This document shows positions 37,874 through 47,457 of a stretch of 64,000 bases of DNA, one piece after another. The stretch spans positions 1-64,000 of IMG/VR virus record IMGVR_UViG_3300030099_003199; one strand, 5' to 3'. The stretch is from a virus (Duplodnaviria > Caudoviricetes). The position numbers were made by a program, and so were the translations under genes. Each line of letters begins with the position of its first letter. The stretch's first letter is position 1. The notes under the pieces were generated by a model. It made no database searches and was not told the DNA's origin. It worked only from the letters and a program-made list of their open reading frames with translations.

Positions 37874-38533
37874 ATGAATTTTAAAAACCAATCAGTTGTG
37901 ATTGTCAAAGATGACATGAACAACGCAATCAGAGTGTCTAAAAATAACGCAGAATATGCTCACATTAGACTATCTCAAGAGAGAACAATGATCAACAGCA
38001 ACGGATGGTTGCAAACAAAACAAGTTACAGCACTTATACATGGTAAAACTGAAGAGTTAATTGCTTCAGGTATTAAAAAGTTTAAGAAGTTACCTGGTAA
38101 TATTGTTATTAAAGAGTCATTAACACCTTTTAATAAAAATAATCCTGATAGAGATTTAAAAATGGCAGGTAATACTGGTATAGTATGTTGTATAGATGGT
38201 CAACCAATCTATAGAACTACTAAGTATGATGCAACTGGTACACAAGAAGATGAACTAATTGCACATAATAACGGTGAGTCTATTCGTGAAGCTAATGCTG
38301 CAACAATGGAAGACTTAGCAGCTGCAAAAGTTTCTGACACAGAAGAATCAGAAGATCCTATTGATGAGAATCAAGTTAACTTAGAAGATGCTATTGCCGA
38401 GGCTGAAGCTGAAGCATTAGAAACTCCTGCTGATCCAGATGAAGATGAGCATGATGAGTTAACTGTTGAGGATACTGTTGAAGAAGAAGTTGAAGAAGAG
38501 GTTGAAGTAGAAGAAAATGTATTCACACTGTAA
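37874..38533 (+). CDS. Beta-rich protein with a long acidic tail (possible ssDNA-binding protein)
   Basis: Beta-strand-rich N-domain and a D/E tail ending 'NVFTL', followed by a terminator. Confidence 0.4.
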   Translation: MNFKNQSVVIVKDDMNNAIRVSKNNAEYAHIRLSQERTMINSNGWLQTKQVTALIHGKTEELIASGIKKFKKLPGNIVIKESLTPFNKNNPDRDLKMAGNTGIVCCIDGQPIYRTTKYDATGTQEDELIAHNNGESIREANAATMEDLAAAKVSDTEESEDPIDENQVNLEDAIAEAEAEALETPADPDEDEHDELTVEDTVEEEVEEEVEVEENVFTL

Positions 38534-38565
38534 GGAGTAGCAAACCTATAACATTGCTAATGATT

Positions 38566-38604
38566 GAGAGTAACTAGTTAATTCTAGTTGCTCTCTTTTA
38601 TTTT
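38566..38604 (+). terminator. Rho-independent terminator
   Basis: GAGAGTAACTAG-ttaatt-CTAGTTGCTCTC-TTTT. Confidence 0.8.
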
Positions 38605-38641
38605 ATATCTAGTAAAGTATTAATAAAAAATAATTAAACAA

Positions 38642-39136
38642 ATGCACATTAAAAAAGAACAGCTAGCAAAGCTAGCACAAACAAGATTTGAAAATAAGTT
38701 AAACTACCTAGGTATACTTAGTGAATATCAAACTATAACTAAAGATCTTACACAACAAATAGTATACAGCCAATTGTCACAAAGACAACACTTCCTTTTT
38801 AAAAGAGTGCTACACGGTCTCAATGTTTACACACAAGAAGAATTAGAAAAAATGCACTGGGATAAAAAGAGAAGAATCAAAAGAGTATGGAGACGTGCTC
38901 AATCTGTTATTAATACTTGGAAACAAGTTATATGTAACAAGCAAGCTAATGAAGTATTTAGATTATTTCATCATAGCCCGTTAGCTAAACACTTTATAAG
39001 TGAGGATGTCAATAATGTTGACCCACAATTTATAAATAAAATGACGCTAAAAGATTTAGACATAACCTATGAAGATTTAGTTATCAAGTTTATGTCTGAA
39101 GGTTTGCTACCTAAAAATTATTTATTAGCAAGGTAA
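38642..39136 (+). CDS. Hypothetical protein
   Basis: 164-aa basic ORF. Confidence 0.65.
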   Translation: MHIKKEQLAKLAQTRFENKLNYLGILSEYQTITKDLTQQIVYSQLSQRQHFLFKRVLHGLNVYTQEELEKMHWDKKRRIKRVWRRAQSVINTWKQVICNKQANEVFRLFHHSPLAKHFISEDVNNVDPQFINKMTLKDLDITYEDLVIKFMSEGLLPKNYLLAR

Positions 39137-39570
39137 TGCAGGCTAAAAAGAAACTGTGTGTAGGCTGTAAGTCTGAGCAGTACATCTGGAAGAATCAATC
39201 AGGTAACCGTTATTGTAAGTCATGTTGGCATAGAATAAAGGGTAAAGTAAACTCAATCAAACCTAAACCGGTGTTGAAAAAGAATACAAAACCAATAAAG
39301 AAAGTTTCTTCTAAGATGTCTGTTCAGCTTACTATCTACAACAAGTTAAGAAAAACATTCTTAGAGAAACATCCTCTCTGTCAAGCATCACTACCTGGTT
39401 GTAATTTACAATCAACTGATATACACCATATGAAAGGTCGTGGTAAATACTTAAATGATCCAACTACTTGGTTGTCAGTATGTAGAACATGTCATAATTG
39501 GATAGAAGAGAATCCTGTTGAGTCAGAGCAATTAGGATTTAGTAATAAAAAAGCAAAGTCAAATGAATAA
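39136..39570 (+). CDS. HNH endonuclease with an N-terminal Zn ribbon
   Basis: CxxC...CxxC, then 'CQ....C....DIHH.KGR......WLSVCRTCHNWI'. Confidence 0.8.
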   Translation: MQAKKKLCVGCKSEQYIWKNQSGNRYCKSCWHRIKGKVNSIKPKPVLKKNTKPIKKVSSKMSVQLTIYNKLRKTFLEKHPLCQASLPGCNLQSTDIHHMKGRGKYLNDPTTWLSVCRTCHNWIEENPVESEQLGFSNKKAKSNE

Positions 39571-39757
39571 AGTTATAGAGGTTTGTAAAAACCTGAAGCA
39601 TACAATAGACAGAATCAACGGTGTGCGTACAACAGGAGATAGTTCTTTACATAAGAATAATCCTTGGGAACCAACAAAGCCTAACAAATCAACGTTAGAG
39701 AAAAAGTTAGAATCAATAATGAAAAAAAATAATATCACATATGAGCAGCTTAAATAA
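39563..39757 (+). CDS. Hypothetical protein
   Basis: 64-aa ORF overlapping its neighbours. Confidence 0.55.
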   Translation: MNKVIEVCKNLKHTIDRINGVRTTGDSSLHKNNPWEPTKPNKSTLEKKLESIMKKNNITYEQLK

Positions 39758-39953
39758 TGAAATAGATAAAATATCAGAAGAAGTTATACTAAGTAAAAAG
39801 ATAACACATCAATTAACAAAACCCCATATGAGCTTAAAAGATCATAAACCTTTAGATGAATATGATACAGAAGAGATGTATACTTTATTACATAAGTTAA
39901 CCAAAACAGATTTAATAACTGTAGCTTTAAATTTTTGGAATGGGAAGAGATGA
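39741..39953 (+). CDS. Hypothetical protein
   Basis: 70-aa ORF overlapping its neighbours. Confidence 0.55.
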   Translation: MSSLNNEIDKISEEVILSKKITHQLTKPHMSLKDHKPLDEYDTEEMYTLLHKLTKTDLITVALNFWNGKR

Positions 39954-41043
39954 AGTACAATCTAAAGCATTAGATATTGTCAACCAACATCATAGGTGTG
40001 GCCTAGCTATATCTATGGGTGTTGGTAAGACACGTATAGCATTACAACATATGATGCAGAACTTTAATCAGTTCAGTAAGTTTCTTGTTGTTGCACCTAA
40101 AAAAACTATTATGAATGCATGGCGTGATGAGTGTGAAAAGATGAATGCTACACATTTATTAGATCATATTAAGTTTACAACATATTTATCATTACGGAAA
40201 CAAAATCCTAATGAGTATGATATAGTATACTTAGATGAATGTCATAGTCTCTTGTATAGTCATAAAGATTTTTTAGATAGATATTCTGGTAGAATACTTG
40301 GACTGACAGGTACACCACCAGTATATGGTGAGAAAGAATTATTAGTAAATGAATTCTGTCCTATAGTATATAACTTTAAAGTTGATGATGCTACTGATAA
40401 TAATATTCTTAATGATTATAGAATCATAGTACACATGTTACCTCTTAGTAATAGTAGAAATATACCTAAGAAAAAAAGAGATGGTGGCATGTGGTATACA
40501 TCAGAAGTTAAAGACTATGAGTATCATACAGGTAATGTTGATGATGCTCCAACTATGAGAGCTAAACAACTAGCATCTATTATGAGAATGAAAGCACTGC
40601 AAACTTATGTGTCTAAAGAAAAATATACTAAACAACTTATGAGTATCATAAAAGATAAATGTATTATTTTTGCAAATACACAGAAGCAAGCAGATAAAAT
40701 GTGTGATTACAGCTATCATTCAAAGAATAAAAATAGTGATAACAATTTAGAATTATTTAGTAATGGGACAATTGATAAGCTTTCTTGTGTTCTTCAGCTT
40801 AGTGAAGGGGTTTCTATTCCTGGTTTACGTAGTGGTATTATTATGCATGCATATGGTAACGAAAGGAAATCAGCACAAAGAATAGGTAGACTACTAAGAC
40901 TTAATCCTAATGAGACAGCAATGTGTCATATCTTATGTTATAAGAATACCATTGATGAACAGTGGGTTAAAAGAGCATTGACAGATTTTTCTGAAGATAA
41001 AATTAAATACTTTGAACCAACTAAACAACAACTAAATGGGTAG
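39940..41043 (+). CDS. Superfamily 2 helicase
   Basis: 'MGVGKT', 'DECH', 'GLTGT', 'SEGVSIP', 'QRIGRLLR'. Confidence 0.9.
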   Translation: MGRDEVQSKALDIVNQHHRCGLAISMGVGKTRIALQHMMQNFNQFSKFLVVAPKKTIMNAWRDECEKMNATHLLDHIKFTTYLSLRKQNPNEYDIVYLDECHSLLYSHKDFLDRYSGRILGLTGTPPVYGEKELLVNEFCPIVYNFKVDDATDNNILNDYRIIVHMLPLSNSRNIPKKKRDGGMWYTSEVKDYEYHTGNVDDAPTMRAKQLASIMRMKALQTYVSKEKYTKQLMSIIKDKCIIFANTQKQADKMCDYSYHSKNKNSDNNLELFSNGTIDKLSCVLQLSEGVSIPGLRSGIIMHAYGNERKSAQRIGRLLRLNPNETAMCHILCYKNTIDEQWVKRALTDFSEDKIKYFEPTKQQLNG

Positions 41044-41413
41044 AATGAAAGAAGTATTCATGCAAATGCGTGAAGAAAGATGGATGGGATGTGAAAAAGA
41101 ATATCTCAGACAATATGCTAACAAATTAAAAAAAAAAAATATGCCTAATTGGACAACATATATAGATGACCTAGAATTTGAGTGTGTATATGACCCAGGT
41201 GAAAAACAAACTTGGGATCATCCTGGCGCAAGCTTAACTGTAGAAATACAAAAAGTATGGGCTACACTTGAAGATAGAAATGGTAACCCTATTACAGTAA
41301 ATGTAAAGGATATATTAGATCAAGACATTGATTATGAATCAGCTTTAGAAATTATTCTAGAAGAAATAGAAAATGATGAACCTGATCCTGATAGATTTAG
41401 AGATGACTATTAA
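41036..41413 (+). CDS. Hypothetical protein (possibly two genes joined at an A-run)
   Basis: 125-aa ORF with an internal long A-tract immediately followed by ATG. Confidence 0.55.
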   Translation: MGRMKEVFMQMREERWMGCEKEYLRQYANKLKKKNMPNWTTYIDDLEFECVYDPGEKQTWDHPGASLTVEIQKVWATLEDRNGNPITVNVKDILDQDIDYESALEIILEEIENDEPDPDRFRDDY

Positions 41414-41474
41414 GATAATAATAAGTGATCCAGGTGATGAACAACCAGGAACACATATAATAATAAATACATGA
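41403..41474 (+). CDS. 23-aa micro-protein
   Basis: Translated by hand: MTIKIIISDPGDEQPGTHIIINT. Overlaps both neighbours (ATGA with the next gene). Confidence 0.4.
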   Translation: MTIKIIISDPGDEQPGTHIIINT

Positions 41475-41842
41475 AAGCATTATTTACAAGTATACTTATT
41501 AAAAAAGATGGTGAATGGAAACATCAATTATCTATTAAAGAAAAAGAATACAATGATATGCTAGCTGAATTACCTGATGGTTCTAAAGTTAGTTTGACTG
41601 TAGAAGTACAAAGTAAAGATGCAACATATGCACAGAAAAAAAGAATCCATGCCATGATTAGACAAATATCTAATGATACTGGCATGGACTTTGAACCTTT
41701 GAAAAATGAAGTTAAAGAAAGAGCTGGTCTCTGTATTGATGGTGAGTGTAAATCATTTGCTGATTGTGATACAGATGACTTGAATGCTGCTATACAAGCA
41801 TGCATATCAGTAGGAGATTTTGTAGGATCTAATGTACGTTAA
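41471..41842 (+). CDS. NinB-like recombination-associated protein
   Basis: 'ATYAQKKRIHAMIRQIS..TG.....LK...K' and 'KSFAD......AI' resemble the NinB/YbcN pattern. Confidence 0.5.
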   Translation: MKALFTSILIKKDGEWKHQLSIKEKEYNDMLAELPDGSKVSLTVEVQSKDATYAQKKRIHAMIRQISNDTGMDFEPLKNEVKERAGLCIDGECKSFADCDTDDLNAAIQACISVGDFVGSNVR

Positions 41843-42324
41843 TCCTTTTTCTTCTCCTTCTCTTCTTTTAATAATCTTTGTGACTCTTCATTAGCAACTT
41901 TAATTCTTAATGCAATTGCATCATCATCTAATGGTATAGCTGGATCAGCATTACCCATTAGTGCTTCAAGAAAATGTTTTCTATCATAGATTTTAGTTTT
42001 CTTTTGAAGGCCTGCTTGTGCATTGAATTCATTAGTGAGCATCATTAGTGTCCACACTGCTACATCTAAGTCAGTAACTTTTTCTTTATCAAAATCATCA
42101 CCTTTATAATCCATTTTAACATATTCCAAAGCTCTAGTTGCTTCATCTGGGTCAACACTATTAACAACATACTCTAATGTTTTTTGTATTGATCTACTGA
42201 ATGCACCTGAGATTCTTATATCTACAGTATCTTCATCAGGTACTGCAGCAAATGTATCATTAGGTAATTGTTCTGACAATTCAATCATTTCTTTGATTGC
42301 TTGTTTATCTATTTCTTCTGACAT
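41839..42324 (-). CDS. Hypothetical acidic protein; lone minus-strand gene in the replication block
   Basis: 161 aa with its own TATCTTTG promoter element at 42345-42352. Shares TTAA with the stop of the convergent gene. Confidence 0.7.
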   Translation of the reverse strand: MSEEIDKQAIKEMIELSEQLPNDTFAAVPDEDTVDIRISGAFSRSIQKTLEYVVNSVDPDEATRALEYVKMDYKGDDFDKEKVTDLDVAVWTLMMLTNEFNAQAGLQKKTKIYDRKHFLEALMGNADPAIPLDDDAIALRIKVANEESQRLLKEEKEKKKD

Positions 42325-42344
42325 AGTAATATTATTTTATGATA

Positions 42345-42405
42345 CAAAGATAGGAATAAAATTTAAATATATACAAGGTTAACACAGTTTAATTTTGTAT
42401 CTTTG
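42345..42405. promoter_or_regulatory. Divergent pair of Bacteroidota TATCTTTG -7 elements
   Basis: CAAAGATA at 42345-42352 (minus) and TATCTTTG at 42398-42405 (plus). Confidence 0.6.
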
Positions 42406-42423
42406 TTAACTAATAAATCAAGT

Positions 42424-42942
42424 ATGAAACCAAGTATTTTAACACCTGAAATGGCTCAGGATGTAAGCCAGTTTATTGAATCATTTGAAAGTAAACATAA
42501 GTATCCAATCAATGTAGAGATTGGTGGTATTCAAAGTTCAATTGCAGTAGCTGATAATCCTGAAAGATTAAATCAAACAGATATAGTTTCTCTTATAACA
42601 AATGCTATGCACTCGTTTGATGAAGACCTCAAGCAATATAAAAGTCTCCGTAATCTTAAGACAAGAAAAAGAGATGTGCTTATATGGGCACAACTATATT
42701 CTTATTTAGCATGGAGATATGGTTACAACAAAAGTTGTATTGCTAGATTTTTAAATAAAAATCACGCAACTATTATACACAGTATTAAAACTATAGAAAA
42801 CTATAAGTATACTAATGATGTAGAGTATGTTGCTATTTATGAACACTTAAAAAAATACATTCAAGAATATGTGGGAACTAATGCAGGAAATCCTGATAGA
42901 CAAACTTACTCCGAATCAGCTCTTGTTACTCTATGCAATTGA
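42424..42942 (+). CDS. DnaA C-terminal (domain IV) HTH-containing protein
   Basis: 'KTRKRDVLIWAQLYSYLA...IARFLNKNHATIIHSIKTIE' matches the DnaA_C 'R.R..AMYL...IG..F.RDHTTV.H' pattern. The start was moved from the track's TTG (42403, inside the promoter) to ATG 42424. Confidence 0.7.
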   Translation: MKPSILTPEMAQDVSQFIESFESKHKYPINVEIGGIQSSIAVADNPERLNQTDIVSLITNAMHSFDEDLKQYKSLRNLKTRKRDVLIWAQLYSYLAWRYGYNKSCIARFLNKNHATIIHSIKTIENYKYTNDVEYVAIYEHLKKYIQEYVGTNAGNPDRQTYSESALVTLCN

Positions 42943-43468
42943 TAACAGTACTAGTATTAGAACAATTAATCCTCATTTAGAAATAAAAGGATTGGTTGCT
43001 GAAAAGTATGTAGAGTATGAGCCCGGTAAGAATGTCAAAATAACTAATAAAGGTAGAGAGATAATAACTAAATACAATGCTTATTTTACTAAAGCTAAAA
43101 AGAAAACTAATATCCATTTAATGGGTAAAGAATATGTAGATAAAGTAGAAGAGTATAGAGAGTTGTTTCCTGCGGGTAAATTACCACATGGTAAGCCAGC
43201 CAGAGTTAATGTAAAGACATTAATAAATAATTTTAGATGGTTCTTTGAGAACTATAACTATACATGGGATGAAGTTATTGATGCAACTAAACGTTATGTA
43301 AATGAATATGCACAAAAAGATTATCTGTATATGCAGACTAGTCAATACTTTATATCCAAAGCTGATCAATCTAAAGTAAAGCAATCACAACTTGCTGACT
43401 ATTGTGATATGATTAGAGATGGAGTAGAAGAAGAAGATAATAATCATTTTAGTGAGAATGTTGTATGA
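42869..43468 (+). CDS. Putative replication initiator/helicase-loader-like protein
   Basis: N-terminal wHTH-like segment and C-terminal 'YRELFP...YM....YFI.K'; directly upstream of DnaB. Confidence 0.45.
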   Translation: MWELMQEILIDKLTPNQLLLLYAIDNSTSIRTINPHLEIKGLVAEKYVEYEPGKNVKITNKGREIITKYNAYFTKAKKKTNIHLMGKEYVDKVEEYRELFPAGKLPHGKPARVNVKTLINNFRWFFENYNYTWDEVIDATKRYVNEYAQKDYLYMQTSQYFISKADQSKVKQSQLADYCDMIRDGVEEEDNNHFSENVV

Positions 43469-44421
43469 GTAAACAAGCATGGAAAGGTCAACATAATGCG
43501 TTTCAAGAAGCGCTTAGATATATGCTTGATAGACAATCAGGCAAAGAGAAATCTATATATACACCATGGCCTAAGTTTAATGATGCTATAACAGATGGAT
43601 TAGAGTGGAATACTCTTACTGTTATTGGCGGTAGACCAGGGTCAGGTAAGACATTAATAAAGGATCAGATAATTAGAGAATCATTTGTCTTAAATCCTGA
43701 AGATGAATTTAGAGTATTAGAGTTTCAGTTTGAAATGGTAGGTAGAACCTCAGCAATAAGAGAATTTAGTTCCATTACTGGTAAGACATACAAAGAGTTA
43801 TGTAGTGCTGGATCAACGTTAAGTGCAGATGTATTTAATAAGTGTCATCTGTATGCAAAAGATAGAGTAAAGTTTCCTGTTGATATAATATCTACACCTA
43901 TGACTGTTAATCAAATGCGTGAGCAAGTTGATATGTATATGAATGAACATAAAGGTCAGAAGACTATTATAACATTGGATCATACTATACTAGTTAAGAG
44001 AGCACCTTATCAAAACAATAGATTAGATATGTTGTTTGAGTTGGGTGAATTCTTTACACAAGTTAAACGTGAGTATCCTTGTTTGTTTATAGCATTATCA
44101 CAACTAAATAGGAACATAGATAATCCAGATAGAGCTGTTGATGGTAAGTATGGTAACTATATTCTTGAGTCAGATATATTTGGTTCAGATGCAATGTTAC
44201 AACATGCTGATACGTTGATTGGTATCAACCGTCCTGCTAAACAAAAGATTAAATACTATGGACCTGATAGATATGTAATAGATGATGACAAGACTTTAGT
44301 ATTACATTTCCTTAAAGCAAGGAATGGTGATGCACGTATGTCATTCTTTAAAGCAGCCTTTGAGAGAATGGAAATACTTGAGATGAATACACCAGCTCAA
44401 GCTCCACGTAGACAAGTTTAA
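43465..44421 (+). CDS. dnaB: DnaB-like replicative helicase (C-terminal ATPase domain only)
   Basis: 'GGRPGSGKT', 'FQFEM', 'ITLDH', 'LSQLNR', 'KARNG'. Confidence 0.88.
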   Translation: MSKQAWKGQHNAFQEALRYMLDRQSGKEKSIYTPWPKFNDAITDGLEWNTLTVIGGRPGSGKTLIKDQIIRESFVLNPEDEFRVLEFQFEMVGRTSAIREFSSITGKTYKELCSAGSTLSADVFNKCHLYAKDRVKFPVDIISTPMTVNQMREQVDMYMNEHKGQKTIITLDHTILVKRAPYQNNRLDMLFELGEFFTQVKREYPCLFIALSQLNRNIDNPDRAVDGKYGNYILESDIFGSDAMLQHADTLIGINRPAKQKIKYYGPDRYVIDDDKTLVLHFLKARNGDARMSFFKAAFERMEILEMNTPAQAPRRQV

Positions 44422-44433
44422 TAAATAAATAAT

Positions 44434-44970
44434 ATGACACCAGCAGAAAGAAAGAAAAAAGTTAAGGAGTTGTTTAGTGAACATGAAGAGTATTTTACTT
44501 CTAATAACATTAAACATCCATTATACATTCCTAAGATGGCGTATAGACCACCTGGTAAGGATGAGAAACATATATCTTTTTTCCCAAGTGAATTACAAAA
44601 GGGAGAAGATATATACACAGAGTTTGTAAGTATTGAATATGATTCAGAAGATCCAAAGAGAACGTTATACTTTCTTAAGCATAACCCTCATTGGGCTGAA
44701 GAGTATGAGTTAGTTACATCAAAGTCAGGACATGAAAGACATATCATTCCTATTGGTGAACTAAAAGTAATCAATGATATAAACTCTAGAAACAATGCGC
44801 AGGTAGCTAGCCTTGCAGATGCAGTAACTAAGTTAACTACACAGGATATAAATATTGGTAATCCTGAGACAGAAAGAACTATGTTAGATGTAGCTAAAGG
44901 TATAGAGAAAGCGTTAATAGGTATTCAAAACCTATTGAAGAACATTAATAGAAATCAATTAAATCAATAA
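44434..44970 (+). CDS. Hypothetical protein
   Basis: 178-aa ORF in the replication operon. Confidence 0.65.
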   Translation: MTPAERKKKVKELFSEHEEYFTSNNIKHPLYIPKMAYRPPGKDEKHISFFPSELQKGEDIYTEFVSIEYDSEDPKRTLYFLKHNPHWAEEYELVTSKSGHERHIIPIGELKVINDINSRNNAQVASLADAVTKLTTQDINIGNPETERTMLDVAKGIEKALIGIQNLLKNINRNQLNQ

Positions 44971-44972
44971 GT

Positions 44973-45656
44973 ATGGCACAAAGCGTATTAATTATTGCTG
45001 ACTCAGGGTCAGGTAAATCAACAAGTATGAGGAATCTTCCTGCAAAGGAGACCTTTATAATTAACATTGCAAATAAACCTTTACCATTCAAAGGATGGAA
45101 AAAAGATTATACTAACATTAGTAAAGATAATCCTAAAGGTAATATGACTTCAGCTTCTTCAGCTGCTGGTATTATTAAAGCAATGAAACATGTTAATGAT
45201 AACATGCCACACATCAAGACACTAGTTGTAGATGACTGGCAGTATATGTCTAGCTTTGAATACTTTGATAGAGCTAATGAAAAAGGTTATGATAAGTTTA
45301 CTCAGATTGCGGCTAACTTGGCACAGGTTGCTAAGATGCCTAAAGATATGAGAGAAGACTTAACTATCTTTTTCTTAACTCATTCAGAAGATTCAACTGA
45401 TATTAATGGACATCGTAAAGTTAAAGCTAAAACAATTGGTAAAATGATTGATAATACTTTAACACTAGAAGGATTATTTTCTATAGTTTTGTTTGGTCAT
45501 GTAAAGAAAGATGAAGACGGACAATTACACTATGGATTTGATACTGTAAATAATGGGGAGAATACATGTAAGTCTCCAATGGGAATGTTTGATGATTCCT
45601 TTATAGATAATGATTTGCAATTAGTTAAAAACTGTATTGCAGAATATGAGAACTAG
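44973..45656 (+). CDS. AAA_24/Sak4-like ATPase
   Basis: 'ADSGSGKSTS', 'LVVDD', 'LTHSE', 'CKSPMGMF'. Confidence 0.8.
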   Translation: MAQSVLIIADSGSGKSTSMRNLPAKETFIINIANKPLPFKGWKKDYTNISKDNPKGNMTSASSAAGIIKAMKHVNDNMPHIKTLVVDDWQYMSSFEYFDRANEKGYDKFTQIAANLAQVAKMPKDMREDLTIFFLTHSEDSTDINGHRKVKAKTIGKMIDNTLTLEGLFSIVLFGHVKKDEDGQLHYGFDTVNNGENTCKSPMGMFDDSFIDNDLQLVKNCIAEYEN

Positions 45657-45683
45657 TATATTAATTAATTAAAAAAAGAAAAA

Positions 45684-46361
45684 ATGTTAAATACAAAAGA
45701 CATGCAAGTAGGAGCCGGTAAAGTTAGACCTTTGATTGGCCCAGGTAACAACGTAATAAAAATTAATTCTATAACGTTTGATCAAACACCATTTGATACT
45801 GATGCATATAATGTTATGTTACATGTAGAAACTAAACCAGTTGGTGGTGACTTTGAAGGATTCTTTAAAGATAAAGACAATGAATCTGCAGGTAGATATG
45901 AAGGACAAATTGGTAGAGTTAGAATGACACCGTATCCTTACAAGACTACAACTCTAGCAAGTGGTAGAGAGATTGATAGAGATCAAGAAGTTCTTAAGTC
46001 TATGATATTCTTAAGTGAAGTAATGAACAAAAGAGTTGAGTTAGATACTATTGAAGCTAATACTATTGAAGACTTTATATCTTCTGCTAGTAAGTTGCTA
46101 AGTGGTACATACTTTAATGTATGTTTGGGTTCACGTGAGTGGGAAAACAAAGAAGGATATATCAATAATGATTTGTATCTTCCTAAGTTATCTAAAGATG
46201 GTGTACCTGCTGAACAATTAGATAAAGAAAACTCAAGACTATTGTCTTTCAATGAGGGAACTCATGTTAGAAAAGTACAAAAGAAAGCTGAGTCAACTAC
46301 ATCTAGCGCAAGCTTTGAGCCTGCAATGAATGGTTCTGCAGGATCTGACTTTGATCTTTAA
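45684..46361 (+). CDS. Putative single-stranded DNA-binding protein
   Basis: Follows the Sak4-like ATPase. Beta-rich, with an acidic-hydrophobic C-terminus 'GSDFDL'. Confidence 0.5.
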   Translation: MLNTKDMQVGAGKVRPLIGPGNNVIKINSITFDQTPFDTDAYNVMLHVETKPVGGDFEGFFKDKDNESAGRYEGQIGRVRMTPYPYKTTTLASGREIDRDQEVLKSMIFLSEVMNKRVELDTIEANTIEDFISSASKLLSGTYFNVCLGSREWENKEGYINNDLYLPKLSKDGVPAEQLDKENSRLLSFNEGTHVRKVQKKAESTTSSASFEPAMNGSAGSDFDL

Positions 46362-46369
46362 TAAATAAT

Positions 46370-46470
46370 AAAAGTAGTGGGTGCTGAATGGTATAAAGGT
46401 TCCAGACGTGGTCATACCAGCTTAATTGGGGGGAAAACAGTTGCGTTGCCAATCCTCAGCCCCAACTTTT
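46370..46470 (+). ncRNA. Candidate three-way-junction structured RNA upstream of the primase gene
   Basis: GC-rich island with three helices (see findings). Confidence 0.35.
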
Positions 46471-46482
46471 AAATTTAATACT

Positions 46483-47457
46483 ATGTTTACTACAAAAGGA
46501 TTTGCAGATAATAAAAATGATGTAAATAGTGCATGGGTATTTGAATACTATCTTACTCTACCTGAAAGGCTAGCCGGTCAGGATTTAAAGATTAAGTCTG
46601 TGTTTAATCCTAATGAGCGTACTCCAAGTATGTGTATCTATTTATGTCCATATAAAAATGAATATAAGTTTAAAGATTTTTCTACAGGTAAACAGGGAAG
46701 TAAAGTTGATCTAGTACAAGAATTATTTGACCTGAATTATTCTAAGGCTTTGTTTAGAATAGTTGAAGACTATAATAAATGGGTAATGGATGGTGGTATA
46801 TTTGATTCTGAAGAGTTTGTACCTGCACCAAAATTTAAATTAGATGCAACTATAACAAGAGATTGGACTGATGAAGACGCTAAGTTTTGGTTACAGTTTA
46901 ATATAGGTAGTAGTATGTTATCTAAATATATGGTGTTACCTCTAGATTATTTTACTATGGTTAAAGATACAGGAGATAGTATTGAAAAAATTAAAATAAA
47001 ATCCTCTGGAATTTATGGATACTTTAATAAAGAAAGTAAATGTTATAAGATTTATCAGCCTCATAGTAAGAAGAACAAGTTTACTAAAGTGCATGAGCAT
47101 CTGCAGGGACTTGAGCAACTAACATATAAGAAGGATTATCTTATAATAACATCATCACTCAAAGATGGTATGTGTATTGATTCATTTGGTTTTAACTTAG
47201 AGTTTATTGCTCCTCATAGTGAGAACACAATAATCAAACCACATATAATACATAGTTTAAAACAGAAGTATAAAAAAGTATTATCTTTGTTTGATAATGA
47301 TGAAGCAGGTCACACTGCAATGGAGACATATAAAAATGTATATGATATAGATGGTGTATATATCAAATCTGAAAAAGATATATCAGACGCAGTAAAAAAA
47401 TATGGAGCTGATGCAGTCAAGCCTAAATTGTTTAACCTAATAAAATCAAGTATATGA
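46483..47457 (+). CDS. DNA primase (TOPRIM)
   Basis: N-terminal 'SVFNPNERTPSM..Y...FKDFSTG'; TOPRIM 'ITSSLKD', 'LFDNDEAG', 'KDISD'. The likely start is ATG 46483 rather than the track's TTG at 46426. Confidence 0.85.
   Translation: MFTTKGFADNKNDVNSAWVFEYYLTLPERLAGQDLKIKSVFNPNERTPSMCIYLCPYKNEYKFKDFSTGKQGSKVDLVQELFDLNYSKALFRIVEDYNKWVMDGGIFDSEEFVPAPKFKLDATITRDWTDEDAKFWLQFNIGSSMLSKYMVLPLDYFTMVKDTGDSIEKIKIKSSGIYGYFNKESKCYKIYQPHSKKNKFTKVHEHLQGLEQLTYKKDYLIITSSLKDGMCIDSFGFNLEFIAPHSENTIIKPHIIHSLKQKYKKVLSLFDNDEAGHTAMETYKNVYDIDGVYIKSEKDISDAVKKYGADAVKPKLFNLIKSSI

Noticed and set aside
46370-46470. tRNA or cobalamin riboswitch
   Set aside because: No T-arm GTTCRA or cloverleaf, and no B12-box or properly spaced conserved core.
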